In this document: one piece after another, positions 27,501 to 40,900 of the stretch
Position numbering within the stretch: the first letter of the stretch is position 1
How the letters are laid out: each line of letters opens with the position of its first letter
Assembly: GCA_002269645.1 (NCBI GenBank)
Contig: NIVC01000892.1
Location: forward strand, 124,001 to 188,000
Source: Macrostomum lignano
Lineage: Eukaryota
DNA: 64,000 nt
Direction of reading: 5' to 3'
Position numbers and translations under genes: made by a program
Notes under the pieces: model-generated
Database searches by the model: none
Seen by the model: the letters and a program-made list of their open reading frames with translations, nothing else
What the model was told of the DNA's origin: nothing

Positions 27501-30500
27501 AGACTTGTCTAAGAAATCGAATTTCAAGAAATTGAAGGCGACAGACTTTTCTAAGAAATCGAATTTCAAGAAATTGAAGGCGACAGACTTTTCTAAGAAA
27601 TCGAATTTCCCGAAATTGAAGGCGACAGACTTGTCTAAGAAATCGAATTTCAAGAAATTGAAGGCGACAGACTTTTCTAAGAAATCGAATTTCAAGAAAT
27701 TGAAGGCGACAGACTTGTCTAAGAAATCGAATTTCAAGAAATTGAAGGCGACAGACTTTTCTAAGAAATCGAATTTCCCGAAATTGAAGTCGACAGACTT
27801 TTCTAAGAAATCGAATTTCCCGAAATTGAAGGCGACAGACTTTTCTAAGAAATCGAATTTCCCGAAATTGAAGGCGACAGACTTTTCTAAGAAATCGAAT
27901 TTCCCGAAATTGAAGGCGACAGACTTTTCTAAGAAATCGAATTTCCCGAAATTGAAGGCGACAGACTTTTCTAAGAAATCGAATTTCCCGAAATTGAAGG
28001 CGACAGACTTTTCTGAGAAATCCAATCTAGAAGAACTTAAAAACAAGAAGATATCTTTCTCAAAAATAAAATTTGGAATTGAGAGCAACAGAGTTTTCTA
28101 AGAAATCTAAGTTTTTAAAATAGAGAAGCAACGAACATTTCCAAGAAAAACACTTTCCCTGAAACTAGTGTTTAGTCTATTTTAGTTTCCAAGAAATTTA
28201 TAGTTAAGGGAATTCAAATCCATGAAGTTAAGAAAGTGTAGTGATCCGCTAGTTTGGTGTTAGGCGTCGCACTTTTGTCAGCAGCTTCCCTCGCCCTCGC
28301 CCTGGGTTGCTGTCTGCCGCTGGGCAGCCTCCCTCCCCTTTTGCTGCCTGTTCTCTGTCGCCCCCCTTCTCTGCGCTCTTGCTTGCAGCCACGAGCTTCT
28401 CTGCTGTGGCCTGCTCTGCGTTTCGTTCCTGTCCTGAGGTCACGCTGGTGGCCTGTTTCCCTTGTCCGGTGAGCAAGTCACCTGACAAGTCTTGTTTTCT
28501 CGAAGTCCTAAAGTGCAGTAAACATGTAATAGGTAATAGGTGACTCATGTTTCTAAAAATAGATACTGAGTCATGCGGCCATGTGCACTTTACCCGCAGA
28601 CCCTACCTTCTCTAAGGAGGAGGGTGACGTCGTTCTAAAAATAGAACAGAGTCACGAGGTCCGGCGCACACTGTCGCAGCGGGGATTTCCTGCCTATAAA
28701 TTCGTGCTCTTCTCCCTTTGGTTCAGTCAAGGATTCTTCCTTGTTGTTCTTCTTCTTTAGTCTAGTTTTCCAGACTTCGTTCAGTTGTCCATTTATGCTA
28801 TCTGTAATTGGCCTGACTAAACTTAGACGCCCAAGCCTAAGGGAGGCTAACACTGCCTTCCCAGCCACCCCCTGAGCCCGGCGGGATCAGCTGACCAGGA
28901 CGCCTTGTTCATTAATCTGCAAATCTGCACGCTTTGCTGAGTTCGTTGACTCTTTTATTTCGTTCCGACGGGAAGCTCACCTCACCGAAGGCCGAGACCT
29001 GTAGGAACTGGTGGCAGCACTACCTACGCTACTAAGAGCTAATAGAAGGCTTCCGGTTGAGAAGACGGAGAGCCCAAATCACTGTGCTAGACAGCAGGAG
29101 AAGCACAGCTGCTTCTAACGTTTATCGTTCAGAAAAAAGCATTTCAGAAAACTGTCCCTCCCAACCCGCCCACCAGTAAAAGTACAGCGGGGTGAACGGG
29201 GGCTGAAATGGGTGCAGTTTTGCTGCGTGGCTCCATCCAAACCAAATAGCATTGCGGCTGCAGAGGCGCTCTTCAGCGGAAATCGAGTTAGCCAATTCAA
29301 CTGATCACGCGGCAGGAAAAACCGGATCAAAATTATTATAGCGAATGTTGGCGAATTATCTAAAAATTATTCGGTACAGTCATTTGCACCAGGGAAAAGG
29401 CTGGTTGCTGTTTTGAACGCAACGGATATACTAGACTATGGTTAGACTGTAGAGTGTGACTGAGCTAAGAGTGCAGTTGATACGGGCGGGTGTCGCTAAG
29501 TGTCGATAACAGTGTCGTTAGGAGTGTCGGTAAGTGTCATTAAGAGTGTCGACAAGAGTGTCGCTAAGAGTGTCGCTAGGAGTGTCGCTAAAAGTGTCGC
29601 TAAGAGTGTCGCTAAAATTGTCGATAAGAGTGTCGCTAAAATTGTCAATAAGTGTGTCGCTAGGAGTGTCGCTAAGAGTTTCGCTAAGAGTGTCGCTAGG
29701 AGTGTGTCGCTAGGAGTGTCGCTAAGAGTGTCGATAAGAGTGTTGCTAAGAGTGTCGCTAAGAGTGTCGATAAGACTGTCGATAAGTCAGTCGATAAGAG
29801 TGTCGCTAGGAGCATTGCTAGGAGTGTCGACAAGAGTGTCGCTAAGAGTGTCGCTAAGAGAGTCGATAAGACTGTCGATAAGACTGTCGATAAGTCAGTC
29901 GATAAGAGTGTCGCTAGGAGCATTGCTAGGAGTGTCGACAAGAGTGTCGATAAGAGTGTCGCTAAGAGAGTCGATAAGACTGTCGATAAGACTGTCGATA
30001 AGTCAGTCGATAAGAGTGTCGTTAGGAGCATTGCTAGGAGTGTCGACAAGAGTGTCGATAAGAGTGTCGCTAAAATTGTCGATAAGAGTGTCGCTAAAAT
30101 TGTCAATAAGAGTGTCGCTAAGGGTGTCGCTAGAAGTGTGTCGCTAGGAGTGTCGCTAAGAGTGTCGATAAGAGTGTTGCTAAGAGTGTCGCTAAGAGTG
30201 TCGATAAGACTGTCGATAAGTCAGTCGATAAGAGTGTCGCTAGGAGCATTGCTAGGAGTGTCGACAAGAGTGTCGATAAGAGTGTCGCTAAGAGTGTCGC
30301 TAAGAGAGTCGATAAGACTGTCGATAAGACTGTCGATAAGTCAGTCGATAAGAGTGTCGTTAGGAGCATTGCTAGGAGTGTCGACAAGAGTGTCGATAAG
30401 AGTGTCGCTAAGAGTGTCGCTAAGAGAGTCGATAAGACTGTCGATAAGACTGTCGATAAGTCAGTCGATAAGAGTGTCGTTAGGAGCATTGCTAGGAGTG

Positions 30501-31205
30501 TCGACAAGAGTGTCGATAAGAGTGTCGCTAAGAGTGTCACTAAGAGAGTCGATAAGACTGTCGATAAGACTGTCGATAAGTCAGTCGATAAGAGTGTCGT
30601 TAGGAGCATTGCTAGGAGTGTCGACAAGAGTGTCGATAAGAGTGTCGCTAAGAGAGTCGGAGGAGGCACTTACACTCGTGCGCCTTGCTGGAAACGGTGA
30701 CAACACGCGCGCCATTAGCTCGCCTGAGCGGCCCCAGCAGGAGGCGGGTGAGCAGGAAGTGCCCCAGATGATTGACAGCCAGCTGAGACTCGAACCCGTC
30801 CTCCGTGAGCGCCTCCGGGCAGGCCATGATGCCGGCATTGTTCAGCAGCACGTGCAGCCGACGATGCCGCCGGCAGAATGCCTCGGCAAATCGGCGAACG
30901 CAAGCCAGCGAGGCGAGGTCCAGCGGCTCCTCGGCGGCGAAGATGTCGGTCTCGTCGGCGCCCAGCTCCCGACGGATGTCGGCAGCAACTATGGCGCCGA
31001 GTTCGGGTCGTCGGCAGGCGATGCAGACTCGCGCGAGGCGCAGACGGACGATCTCGCGGGCGGCGGCAAGGCCGATGCCGGAACTGGCCCCGGTGATCAG
31101 GACGAGGCGGCGGCTGCGCTGGGGTGCGGCCTCGATGGCTGCTCGACCGCCCGCGAACCAGCGTCGAAGGAAGACCAAGCTGGCGCCTTGGTGAATGGCG
31201 TACAT
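24594..31205 (-). CDS. Retinol dehydrogenase 11/12/13/14-like short-chain dehydrogenase/reductase, 4 exons, ~337 aa
   Basis: Exons 31205-30674, 27328-27206, 26116-25915, 24750-24594 with canonical splice sites and matching phases. Motifs: TGASSGIG, LLNNAGIM, VNHLGHFLLT, VVTVSS, AYSQSKLANVLF (YxxxK), LHPGAVQT, EGAQT, YYSDC, AARLWLISEKL. Confidence 0.92.
25385..25750. repeat. CT-rich low-complexity tract in SDR intron 3
   Basis: Direct reading. Confidence 0.9.
26326..26800. repeat. 16-bp minisatellite (GGCGCCCCTTGGTGCT)n in SDR intron 2
   Basis: About 22 perfect units followed by degenerate units. Confidence 0.97.
27455..28020. repeat. 42-bp tandem array AAATTGAAGGCGACAGACTTTTCTAAGAAATCGAATTTCMMG in SDR intron 1
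   Basis: About 13 copies; the flank at 28050-28235 matches 58040-58200 in reverse complement. Confidence 0.95.
29490..30657. repeat. 12-bp GCTAAGAGTGTC family array with a 120-bp higher-order repeat, in SDR intron 1
   Basis: TAGGAGCATTGCTAGGAGTGTCGACAAGAG recurs at 30241, 30361, 30481 and 30601. Confidence 0.95.
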
Positions 31206-32539
31206 TGTTGATGGTTTACATTTTTAATGATGTATATTGTTCATAGTATAATCTATAGAATGCTACTAATAATTTAGTTTTCTGTGATTAAGTACAGAAT
31301 AAAAAAATGCTATGATAAGAGTTAATTGCCAGTAAGTCGATATATTGCAAAAGGTACACAAAAATGAGGGAATGTTTCATTTTAGCAGTATGTAAACATT
31401 GACACATGCCAAGAAATATTAAAATCAGTGGCATAGGGAGGGGGGGGGATCAGGGGGGATGTATCCCCCCCCCCGAAGAGCCTGACCAAAACTTTTTTGT
31501 TGCACTTTTTCGCTATACATGCTACCATGTGAGCACTTTTACCTTGGTGTATCCCCCCCCCCCGTAGGAAATTCACCTTGGTGTATCCCCCCCCGTAGGA
31601 AATTCCTGGCTACGCCCCTGATTAAAATATTACCAAGAAATGATAAATATTAAGCACTTAGTATATATTATTACAGCCTGTGTCTGCTATTGTTTATTTG
31701 GAGATATTATAATTTGAATTTTTGCTTCTGTTTTTAAAGTAAAAATTTGCTTAAAATTATGCTATGCTCATAAAAGTTACAAAAATTTATTTCCAGTTTT
31801 TAGTAGCATAAATAAATTTATTCAATCTTAATAAGCATAAATACGTTAAAATCATGTTAAGGGGTATCATAAAATGCCATGAAAGTTCAAAACAGAAATT
31901 AAAAGAACTAAAGGATATATATTATTATATATATAGCAATGAAAAGAACTGTAACTTATTCAACAAGTTTTAGATCATTAGGGTTGGGTTAGTATAATAC
32001 TAAATTCACACAATAGCCTTTGAAGGCATAAAGGCTAGTTGAAAACAAAATTTTAAAAATTCAATAAGAAAGCTGAACATGCTACAAAAAATTAATGTCA
32101 TCATTATACCTGGTGCTCCAACTTATTATTATTATGATTAAGTGTCAGATAGCATAAGTCTTAGTACTAAGCACCAAAAATACATCATATAGCAATTATT
32201 TTAACCAATACCTGTGAATCCAAGACACATAATAACGGTCTTGTGTTGACTTATTAGCTCCCATAGCAGTAATAGAGACATGTCTAATAAAGCTTATAGA
32301 GTTATGAATGGTTTCCCTGACAGTAAGCCGATATTATTGGTTATTTTTGGAGACTAGTAATTAGTTTGTCTGGCAATTTTAGTCGGCCAAATCATCCACT
32401 ATTCTAAAAATATTTGGCTACAACTATATTAAAATACATTGATCGAACAAAAGCATTCTAATTCAGTATTTCGTTCCTCTCGTTTTCAAAACTAAATTTC
32501 CTAGAAAATTATTTTAGCGTGGGGTCTCCCTAAGCCTAA

Positions 32540-32799
32540 GGGCCTTTTCATATTACCAATTCCAGAACCAGAATCGGTTCGGAATTCCAAGAAAAACAGC
32601 AGTATAACTATTAAACTCTGTTAATATTTGACTACCTCAACAACCTAACTTAGCACAATTTTTCACTTTCTTCTTGACGATTGTCAATCAATAATAAAAA
32701 CTTTATAGCACGTATCTCCCTCTAGTTATGGAGACAAAAAGTTATACTTCACAAATTAGTTCTGGTTCTGGAACCAGAGCAAGCAATATGAAAAGGCCC
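32540..32799. mobile_element. PIF/Harbinger-type MITE (260 bp)
   Basis: 15-bp TIR GGGCCTTTTCATATT / AATATGAAAAGGCCC, TAA on both sides (32537-32539, 32800-32802), and subterminal inverted CCAGAACCAGAA. Confidence 0.8.
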
Positions 32800-33799
32800 T
32801 AAAACACGCACCGCACCGCCCCGAACCGCTACACATTATAACATTTTTTGTCAATGCACAATTTGATTGCAAAGAAAACAATTTGTTGTAAGAGTAATGT
32901 AATAAATATCTTTAATTATTATTTTAAATATTATTATTTTTTTTATATTCTCGTTTTCATTACTAAATTATATTATTATTATTTTATTAATATTATTATT
33001 AATATCACTTATTATTCACTGAATTTTATATTTCAAAGTAAAAAAACTAAATTTAATAAAAACTTGAAGCTTAACAGAAAACGCATCTTAAAGTGTCTTC
33101 AGTTATAGTCCAATTTGTTTTAATGTGTAGCGCTGCAGGGCTCGGTGCGGGGCGTGTTTTAGGGAGACCCTTTAGCGTGGGTGAGCTCGTACAAAAACAC
33201 TCATTAAAACAAAAATACGCGCTACAAGTGCAAAATATTCACTTTAAAATAAACCAAATATCGGTTTTTACCCTATTCACCCATGTAGTGGAGGATCTAG
33301 AGTTTCATTTTGGGGCGGGGCAGGTCCAAGTTTGGGGCGCCAACACGAGGATAAAGGGCGCCAATTTTAAGCTACGGGGCGCCAAAAATGCGTGTATGGG
33401 GCGAAAAGTCAAGCTTAGGGGCGCAAAAATGCGTGAAGAGGGCGAAAATTCAAGCTTAGGGTCGCAAAAATGCGTGTAGAGGGCGAAAAGTCAAACTTTT
33501 CGGCGCAAAAACGGCATTGGGGCGAAAAATCAAGTTTAGGGGGCGCAAGCTCAGGTTTTGGGGGGCGCAATATGTTCTTTCAAGCTATTTTGAAAGAAAT
33601 CCTCCCCTGCACCCATGACGATTTACAGTCAGCAGTTTGAAGCAGTCAGTCTGTCAATTTCAGTCTGCTGTTCAGTCAGCTTGGTTCAACTGAATTTTAC
33701 AATAGATAGATAGATCAGATAGATAGAAAGACGCTGAAGAGTCAGAGACTCTTAGCGCTCACATGCTTGCGAAAAAGCTCAGAAGGGCAGGAAGTGGCT

Positions 33800-34400
33800 T
33801 TAAACGGGGTGAGGTAGATGGCCTGAAGGTCGACACTAGCAGGTCTTTAGAAGCGTCTCAGTGCGCGCATGTCCGCGACGATATGGGTCGCATGGTAGAT
33901 TGAGCACGACGACTGCGAGGAGGTTTATTACCCCGCGTCCGTAGCTGCGTAGCACATGGCCGAGAAGTCGCTGTCTCCTCGTTCTAAAGATGGAGGTCAC
34001 TGGCGGGACGCCGGAGAGCAGGCAGCGAGCGCGCGGTTTGACAGCCTTTCAGGGTAGTGGAGGTCGAGAACAAACCGCAGCAAAGCTCTGAAGGTGGCGT
34101 CGAGAGCTTGGTTGCGAGATTCCGTGACCGGTAGAGCTTCGAGACCGTAGAGAAAAATCGGCTCCATGGGAGCTCGGAAAATCCTTATTTTAAATTGGTC
34201 AGGCACAAGCAAACTGAAGATGGGGCTCAGTTGCCGAGCAGCTCTCCAGACTTGCGCACGACGGTCGGTGACGGTCCTGAACCGTCGTTGCTGCCCGCTG
34301 GGGGGTTTCCCAAACTTAGCGCGTCGCTTCGCCTCGCGTTGTGCCCGGGACAGATTAGCGTGCCCTTACCCAGGATCACAAGCCACAAGAGAAGTTCAAG
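33800..34400 (-). mobile_element. Degenerate RTE-like LINE 3' RT region
   Basis: KIRIFRAPMEPIFLYGLEALPVT...LDATFRALLRFVL...RRRQRLLGHVLR in shifted frames. Confidence 0.7.
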
Positions 34401-35194
34401 TAGGGATGCTAGTCGCGGGGAATCGGTCACAATAAAATTGAGAGACCACCAGCGAGCCGAAGTAGCGGAAATCCGAGCAGGAAGAGATTTCGTCGCCGTT
34501 TGGGAGGGTGAGAGCAGGTGGGTCGCTGATGGGTCACGACCAATTTAACAATAGTAGTAAATTCATTCGGTGTAAGATCGCTATAGTCTCACCAGCACAA
34601 GGATCCTCTGAGATTCTAGAAGAGAATCGTAAGAGAGAATTCTCTCTGTGCCTGCATAAGTCAATGCGATCTACATGCAATTAAAATTAATGTACATGCA
34701 TTTTCACATCGACAAGCTTGTTGGCATGCAGCTAGGAAAACAAAAAAGTGTATGCTCTTTTCATTCTAGCCGGAAATCCAGTGCCAACAGATTCGGTTTG
34801 GTTCAGCCAGCCAGCTTACATGGATTTGTGGGCGCGGATTAGCCTAATCCCAGGATTAGCTGCAGATTTCTACCTTCGAAAGTTTTGCTTTTCTTGTCTT
34901 GTCGTTGCTTATCTCGTAGCTGTAGGACGCAGCCACACTGGACCACAGTCATGCTTACCTTGTTTGCTGACTACATCCATCTGACAGGAGCGGGAGGGCA
35001 GAGGGCCTGATTGTCAAATAGCTCCTAATATTAATAATAATTATTATTATACGTAATATTTGCATAAACGTTTTGGCATTCTAGCGCTACGCCTTCGGTG
35101 AGGTGACTCGGTGATATAATCGCCGGCCCACAGCCAGCGCCGAGCAGGGTTGTCGCCACTGGGGGGGGGGGCAAAAAGCCCATGAAGGGGGAGA

Positions 35195-35830
35195 CCGCCA
35201 CAATTGACCGCCACAATTGACCGCCACAATTGACCGCCACAATTGACCGCCACAATTTCACCGCCACAATTGACCGCCACAATTGACCGCCACAATTGAC
35301 CGCCACAATTGACCGCCACAATTGACCGCCACAATTTCACCGCAGACAATTTGACGCCACAATTGACCGCCACAATTGACCGCCACAATTGACCGCCACA
35401 ATTGACCGCCACAATTGACCGCCACAATTTCACCGCCACAATTGACCGCCACAATTGACCGCCACAATTGACCGCCACAATTGACCGCCACAATTGACCG
35501 CCACAATTTCACCGCCACAATTGACCGCCACAATTGACCGCCACAATTGACCGCCACAATTGACCGCCACAATTGACCGCCACAATTGACCGCCACAATT
35601 GACCGCCACAATTGACCGCCACAATTGACCGCCACAATTGACCGCCACAATTGACCGCCACAATTGACCGCCACAATTGACCGCCACAATTGACCGCCAC
35701 AATTGACCGCCACAATTGACCGCTAAATTGACCGCCACAATTGACCGCCACAATTGACCGCCACAATTGACCGCCACAATTGACCGCCACAATTGACCGC
35801 CACAATTGACCGCAGACAATTTGACCGCTG
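35195..35830. repeat. 13-bp minisatellite (GACCGCCACAATT)n
   Basis: Period 13 read directly. Confidence 0.97.
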
Positions 35831-36639
35831 AAATTTAATCGTCCCAATTTAGCTGACGACAATTTTGCACCTTTTGAGGAAGCGACAATTCCAGATAGTT
35901 AAAAAATGCATTCTGAATATACAGTACTATACTCAAAGAAAGGGTTTCTCGAGGAAGATCTGTTCTACCAGAAGATTTTCTGCGTTATGAATAAACGAAA
36001 AGGGAATAAAAAATGATTATTTGAGCATCACTGTGGTTCTATTGAAGATTTGCAATATTTATGAATAATAATTTAAGAACGTGATCGGATGCGAAATGTA
36101 CGCGCTGTATGAATACAACTATGTGGATATGCAATTTCAAGGTTCTGGTTTTATTGTTTGTATCAGCGATATCGGTTGGAAATCAACAAATATAAAATGC
36201 TGTGACTCTGACTAAACTTCCTGAAAAAAGGTGAAATTGTCAGCGGAGAAATTTTCGTGGCCGTCAATTGTTGTAGACCCCTATGAGGGGTCATTATTCC
36301 CCAAATAATGTAGGAATTTAGTCGTGTAGAATTCTTGGCTTCGTCCCATAATAAAATCCATGCGACGCCCATGGCACCGAGGTCATTTTGCAGCAGCTCA
36401 TCCAGCATGTACAGCGGCCCTGACTTTCTAATCGTCAGGCATGTACACTTTTGGTGTGAATCGCGCAACCCCCCCCTCTGGCCAATTTTCGTGCACACAC
36501 GCCCCAAATGATCGAATGTGGCCGAGCACGGAATCAAAAAACCAAAGGCAATTATTCACTCTGCGATCAAATGAGCCATCAAACCACACGATCAATGTTA
36601 GCAGCAGCACCTTCTGCACCTGCTGTGGGCAGTACGACT

Positions 36640-36965
36640 CGGCCCGGATGATGTGGCCTGCCAGTTGGAGTCACCGACGGTGCAACAGGACCAGGACGGC
36701 GCCGTGATACAAAGCCGCGTTGGTCACTCTTGAAGGCTTGAAACCTGGATGTTGAACGCGGCACGCAGCAGGCCAGCATGCTCGAGTGACTCCGTCAGCG
36801 TCCAGGTCTCGGCGTTGTACAGCAGGACGGTCTAGATCACCGCCTGGAACAACGCCGCCCTATGGCGGTCAGGTAAGGCCTCAGACTGCAGGACTGCCCT
36901 CACAGAACGAAAGGCAGCCCAGGCAAGCTCGTGGCGACGCTGCAAATCTTCGCGGACGCCGAGAA
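36640..36965 (-). mobile_element. Degenerate RTE-like LINE fragment
   Basis: REDLQRRHELAWAAFRSVRAVLQSEALPDRHRAALFQAVI*TVLLYNAETWTLT...LQLAGH. Confidence 0.8.
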
Positions 36966-37574
36966 CCAGACCACCGAGGTAGACGAACTGCTGACAACGC
37001 GGGAGCTCCATCGCCTGTCCATCAGCGCCTCGGCACCCTTGGCGTTCTTTAATTGATTAAAAGAACCCGAAGACATGAAGCGGAATCCACATGAGCTTAA
37101 TTTGTTTTCCTAATTGCAGATACCTTCATGCCCGCGTCTCGAAAATGAATAGAAACAATACAAAAGACGGCTAAGCTGAGTTGCTCTGACAATTTCGAAC
37201 TGGATTCTGGAATGCAATTTACTTGATTGCATGGTAGCATCTACGGGCTGAGATGAATTAAAAAAGGCGAAAAATTTTTAATTCAATAAAATGTCTTGCG
37301 AGAGACAGGTTTTGTCTTGCTATTGTTTGTTTCCATTGCCAATAGATTGCATTGCTTTTAAAACGTCGCAATGAAATGGCTAACAGTAGCTATATTTCCT
37401 TGCAGTGCGAATTCTACTTCTAAACTTCTAAGTTTTTAAGGTTCTGCGTGTCTGCATAAAATATACATTTGGTCTTGTTGAGCTAGCTAAATAAAAGTTC
37501 TAAAAACCATATGCTTATATACTGGTAAAGACCGTTTGTAAATTGGTTTTTATGCATGTAGATGCGGTTAACTG

Positions 37575-37958
37575 ACGGTCAGTCAGTTGTCGATTGGTAG
37601 CCAGTCGGTAGACAGTCGGTAGCCAGTCGGTAGCCAGTCGGTAGTCAGTCGGTAGCCAGTCGGTAGCCAGTCGGTAGTCAGTCGGTAGTCAGTCGGTAGA
37701 CAGTCGGTAGTCAGTCGGTAGCCAGTCGGTAGCCAGTCGGTAGTCAGTCGGTAGCCAGTCGGTAGCCAGTCGGTAGCCAGTCGGTAGCCAGTCGGTAGCC
37801 AGTCGGTAGCCAATCAGTAGCCAGTCGGTAGTCAGTCGGTAGTCAGTCGGTAGTCAGTCGGTAGTCAGTCGGTAGCCAGTCGGTAGTCGGTCAATAGCCA
37901 GTCAGTAGTCAGTCGGTAGTCAGTCGGTAGTCAGTCGGTAGCCAGTCGGTAGCCAGTC
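37575..37958. repeat. 11-bp minisatellite (AGTCGGTAG[C/T]C)n immediately 3' of the GPCR copy A stop codon
   Basis: Also follows copy B (48600-48750) and the paralogue fragments (45180, 55670, 60320). Confidence 0.93.
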
Positions 37959-37963
37959 TTACA

Positions 37964-40900
37964 CTAGCTCTGAGGCACGGTGATTCCGGCTGAAGTTTGC
38001 ATCGCAGTCTCCATATCGTCAACCTTGCTTGGGCCGTGTTTGATCAGCATGAAGATCTGGAATAATGCTAATCGTTGATTTCAACCGACAAAGTATATTT
38101 TCCAAGACATTCACAAGCATCACCGCAAGATCGGTCCTCGCACCTTGCTGCCAAACACCAGAATCAGGGTGGTACTTGAGCAGATTATGATGCAGCTGGC
38201 AATGAGCGACACTTTCAGATCCTGACTCGACGAGGGCAGAGCGAACAGAATGACCACACCGATGAGACCCATGACGGTGGTGTTGTACACGCACACTCCG
38301 ATCTTCTTCGAGTCGTTGAGCGCTTCTACCTGCACCGTGCGAGTCTCCCAGGCAAAGAACAGCGCGAACAGCAGCAGAAAACCTTTGACTCCAAGTTCGG
38401 AGGCAATCCAAATTGTCATGTTGTTGCAGGTGCATACATCGATTGTCGATCGAATGAGAGTTCCGTCTTCAGTTTCCTAAAATTTATTGTTTCAGGTATT
38501 GTTCGGAACGTTGGCTAATATGAAAATAAAATGGCTCTTCAATGATCCTTTCAATTCACTGCCATTGACACAATTTTTCAGCAAAAGTTTTGAATACTTT
38601 TTGAATACCGGATGCTGTGGCACAAAATCAAGCTGTCAAGACACCCGTAAGAGTCCACACCCATATGCCTTTACTCACAACGGAGGGCAGAGAGACACTC
38701 TTCACCGTGAGCGGATCGATGATTCCCCAAGCGATTAGCAGGACAATATCAGTGGCCAGGACTAGCAGGATAACTGCAAACAGATGCGAATCCTTGATGG
38801 CCTGGGGAAAGAGAGGAAAATTCGAGCTAAGTTGTTTGCAAAAACGGCACAGGGGATTGATTCGTGCGATATTAACTGTTACCTTAATTAGCTTCTGGCA
38901 TACGTCTGTCTATAGAACTTCCCAATTCAAACCCTTTTTATAGCGATTTCTAAAACTGTTTCTCTATGATTACTGGATTTAGTGCCTTTTTTATTATTGC
39001 ATTAGTTGCCGATATGTATCGAAAGTAAACTTTTTCAGAGCAAATATTTTGTAACCATCCAGGGATCGAGATCATCTTAAATTTGGACGAGTTGAGAAGA
39101 TGTCGATGTTCGTCCTTACAGGCTCTGATTCTAGAAATGTAATGGTGTAATTTTTTTTGTTCGCATTTGGAGTCGAGCCCTGGACCTCCTGATTTCAAGA
39201 ACCACGCCTAATAGAGTAAATCGGGAAGATAAAAAGCCCAACTAACAGACCGGCAGCTAAGCTCACCACCCTGCGCAGCTTCACGTTGGTGAAGATGCGG
39301 TGCACTCGCCACGTCTTGGCCAGCATGGCGCCGAACGCGGCCGAGTAGCCAATGGTGAGCAGAGCCGTTTGAGTCCAGCACAGGCCGGTGCTCACTGCCC
39401 AGTGCGAGTTCACCGCCATCACAATGCAGGACGCGTAGCACATTAGGCAGCCAGCGCCGATCACGTTGTTCACGAGGGGACTGCTCATCTTGATGAGGCG
39501 AAGCTCTCTGTAGTGGAAGTTCACAGCCACTGTCGCTATGGAAACGGCGATGCCGATGGAGGAGGCTGAGCTGAGTGCGATAGTTCCGGCTTCGCTCAGC
39601 TGCAGCTGCCTAGTGAGCAGCTCGGGAGCGTCCACCGGAGGTGAGCCGCCTTAAATTTACACACACGGTTAATAACTGATATCATGTTTTCCTGTTCTCT
39701 AGTTTGAGTCCATCGATTCTGGTAGATTCCATAATTTCTCAATTTAGTTAAGTATTCGCTAAGAAAAAAAGAATCGATTTCTTACCCGCGAACCATAATT
39801 TAGCGGTCCAGTTCAACACGTTTTCTATCGGGTCGTATGTGCCAACCAGGTGCCTGGATAGGTCTGCGGAAATATAAAATTTACAAATGGAACTTCTGTG
39901 AGGTACAACCAGCCACTCCGTACGCGATATGAGTTCATCGGTGCTGCAAAATTGAAATATTCATTCAACAGAGAAATTCAGAATTCTAAATTTAAAACAC
40001 TTCTGCTTCAAAGAGCAACATGTGTGCAGTGTTTGTTAAAAAGGGCTGAAATGGGAACCCACAGCCAAGCTCACTTCTCAGCTGGTAGATCATCACCACA
40101 GAGGTTCGGTCGCCGTTGCTGTCGAACACGACTCGACCCTGCATTGAGGAGAGGCGGTTGAGCTGCCGTGAGCTCACAGACTGACCGGCAAAGTAAAAAC
40201 AACGCAGAAGAAAAAGCAAAACTAACAGAGAGACCGATAAAGTCCAGCTTCAAAATGTTCTTCATCAGCTCAGCTTTGAACGATGAATTGCCCAGCTGCA
40301 TTTCATCTGAGTAGTTCCACGACTGCAGCGTCTGATTCAGCGCGAGGGCCGCCGACATCACGGAGTCGAAGCGAAGGTCGAAACCGCGGATTGTCTTCAT
40401 CCTGGCGTCCGCGAGTCTGGCGGGGTACTCGATGAGGAACTGGCGGTACAGCTCTGGGAGAGTCTGCGGACAGTTGCGGGAGGGAGTCGTCTGCAAGTCT
40501 CTGATGTTGCACCGCAGGCCCCTACAGCTGTGGGAGAGTCTGCAGGACAAATGAATCAAGGATCAGCTCATACCTTTCCAGCAGGTCCAATCCTTGTCTC
40601 AATCAGCGCAGGGTCCATCACCGCCGTGTCCGTCTCGATGGAGCCCTCCAGACTCTCTGCCCTGTCGGAGTCTGGACAGGAGCCCTCAAAATGGGTGGTG
40701 GTGAACGGCAGACCCACTTGGATCCAGAAGTACTTCGGACCGTAGGCGCCCAGTTGTTTGAGCTGAAGGTCAGTTAGTGCAGGTTTGGAGGCGATCATTA
40801 CGGCAGGAAAACAATTCTGCTAAAAGTATAGTAAAAGTCGTATATTTCTATAGAAACTTACAACACATTCAAAGCGTTTTCCCGGATCTTCCATGCTGCC

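Noticed and set aside
28249-29330. Short GC-rich ORFs in SDR intron 1
   Set aside because: No recognisable domain or consistent splice structure; probably decayed repeats.
30138-31211. 357-aa plus-strand ORF
   Set aside because: It is a satellite read-through fused to the antisense of SDR exon 1.
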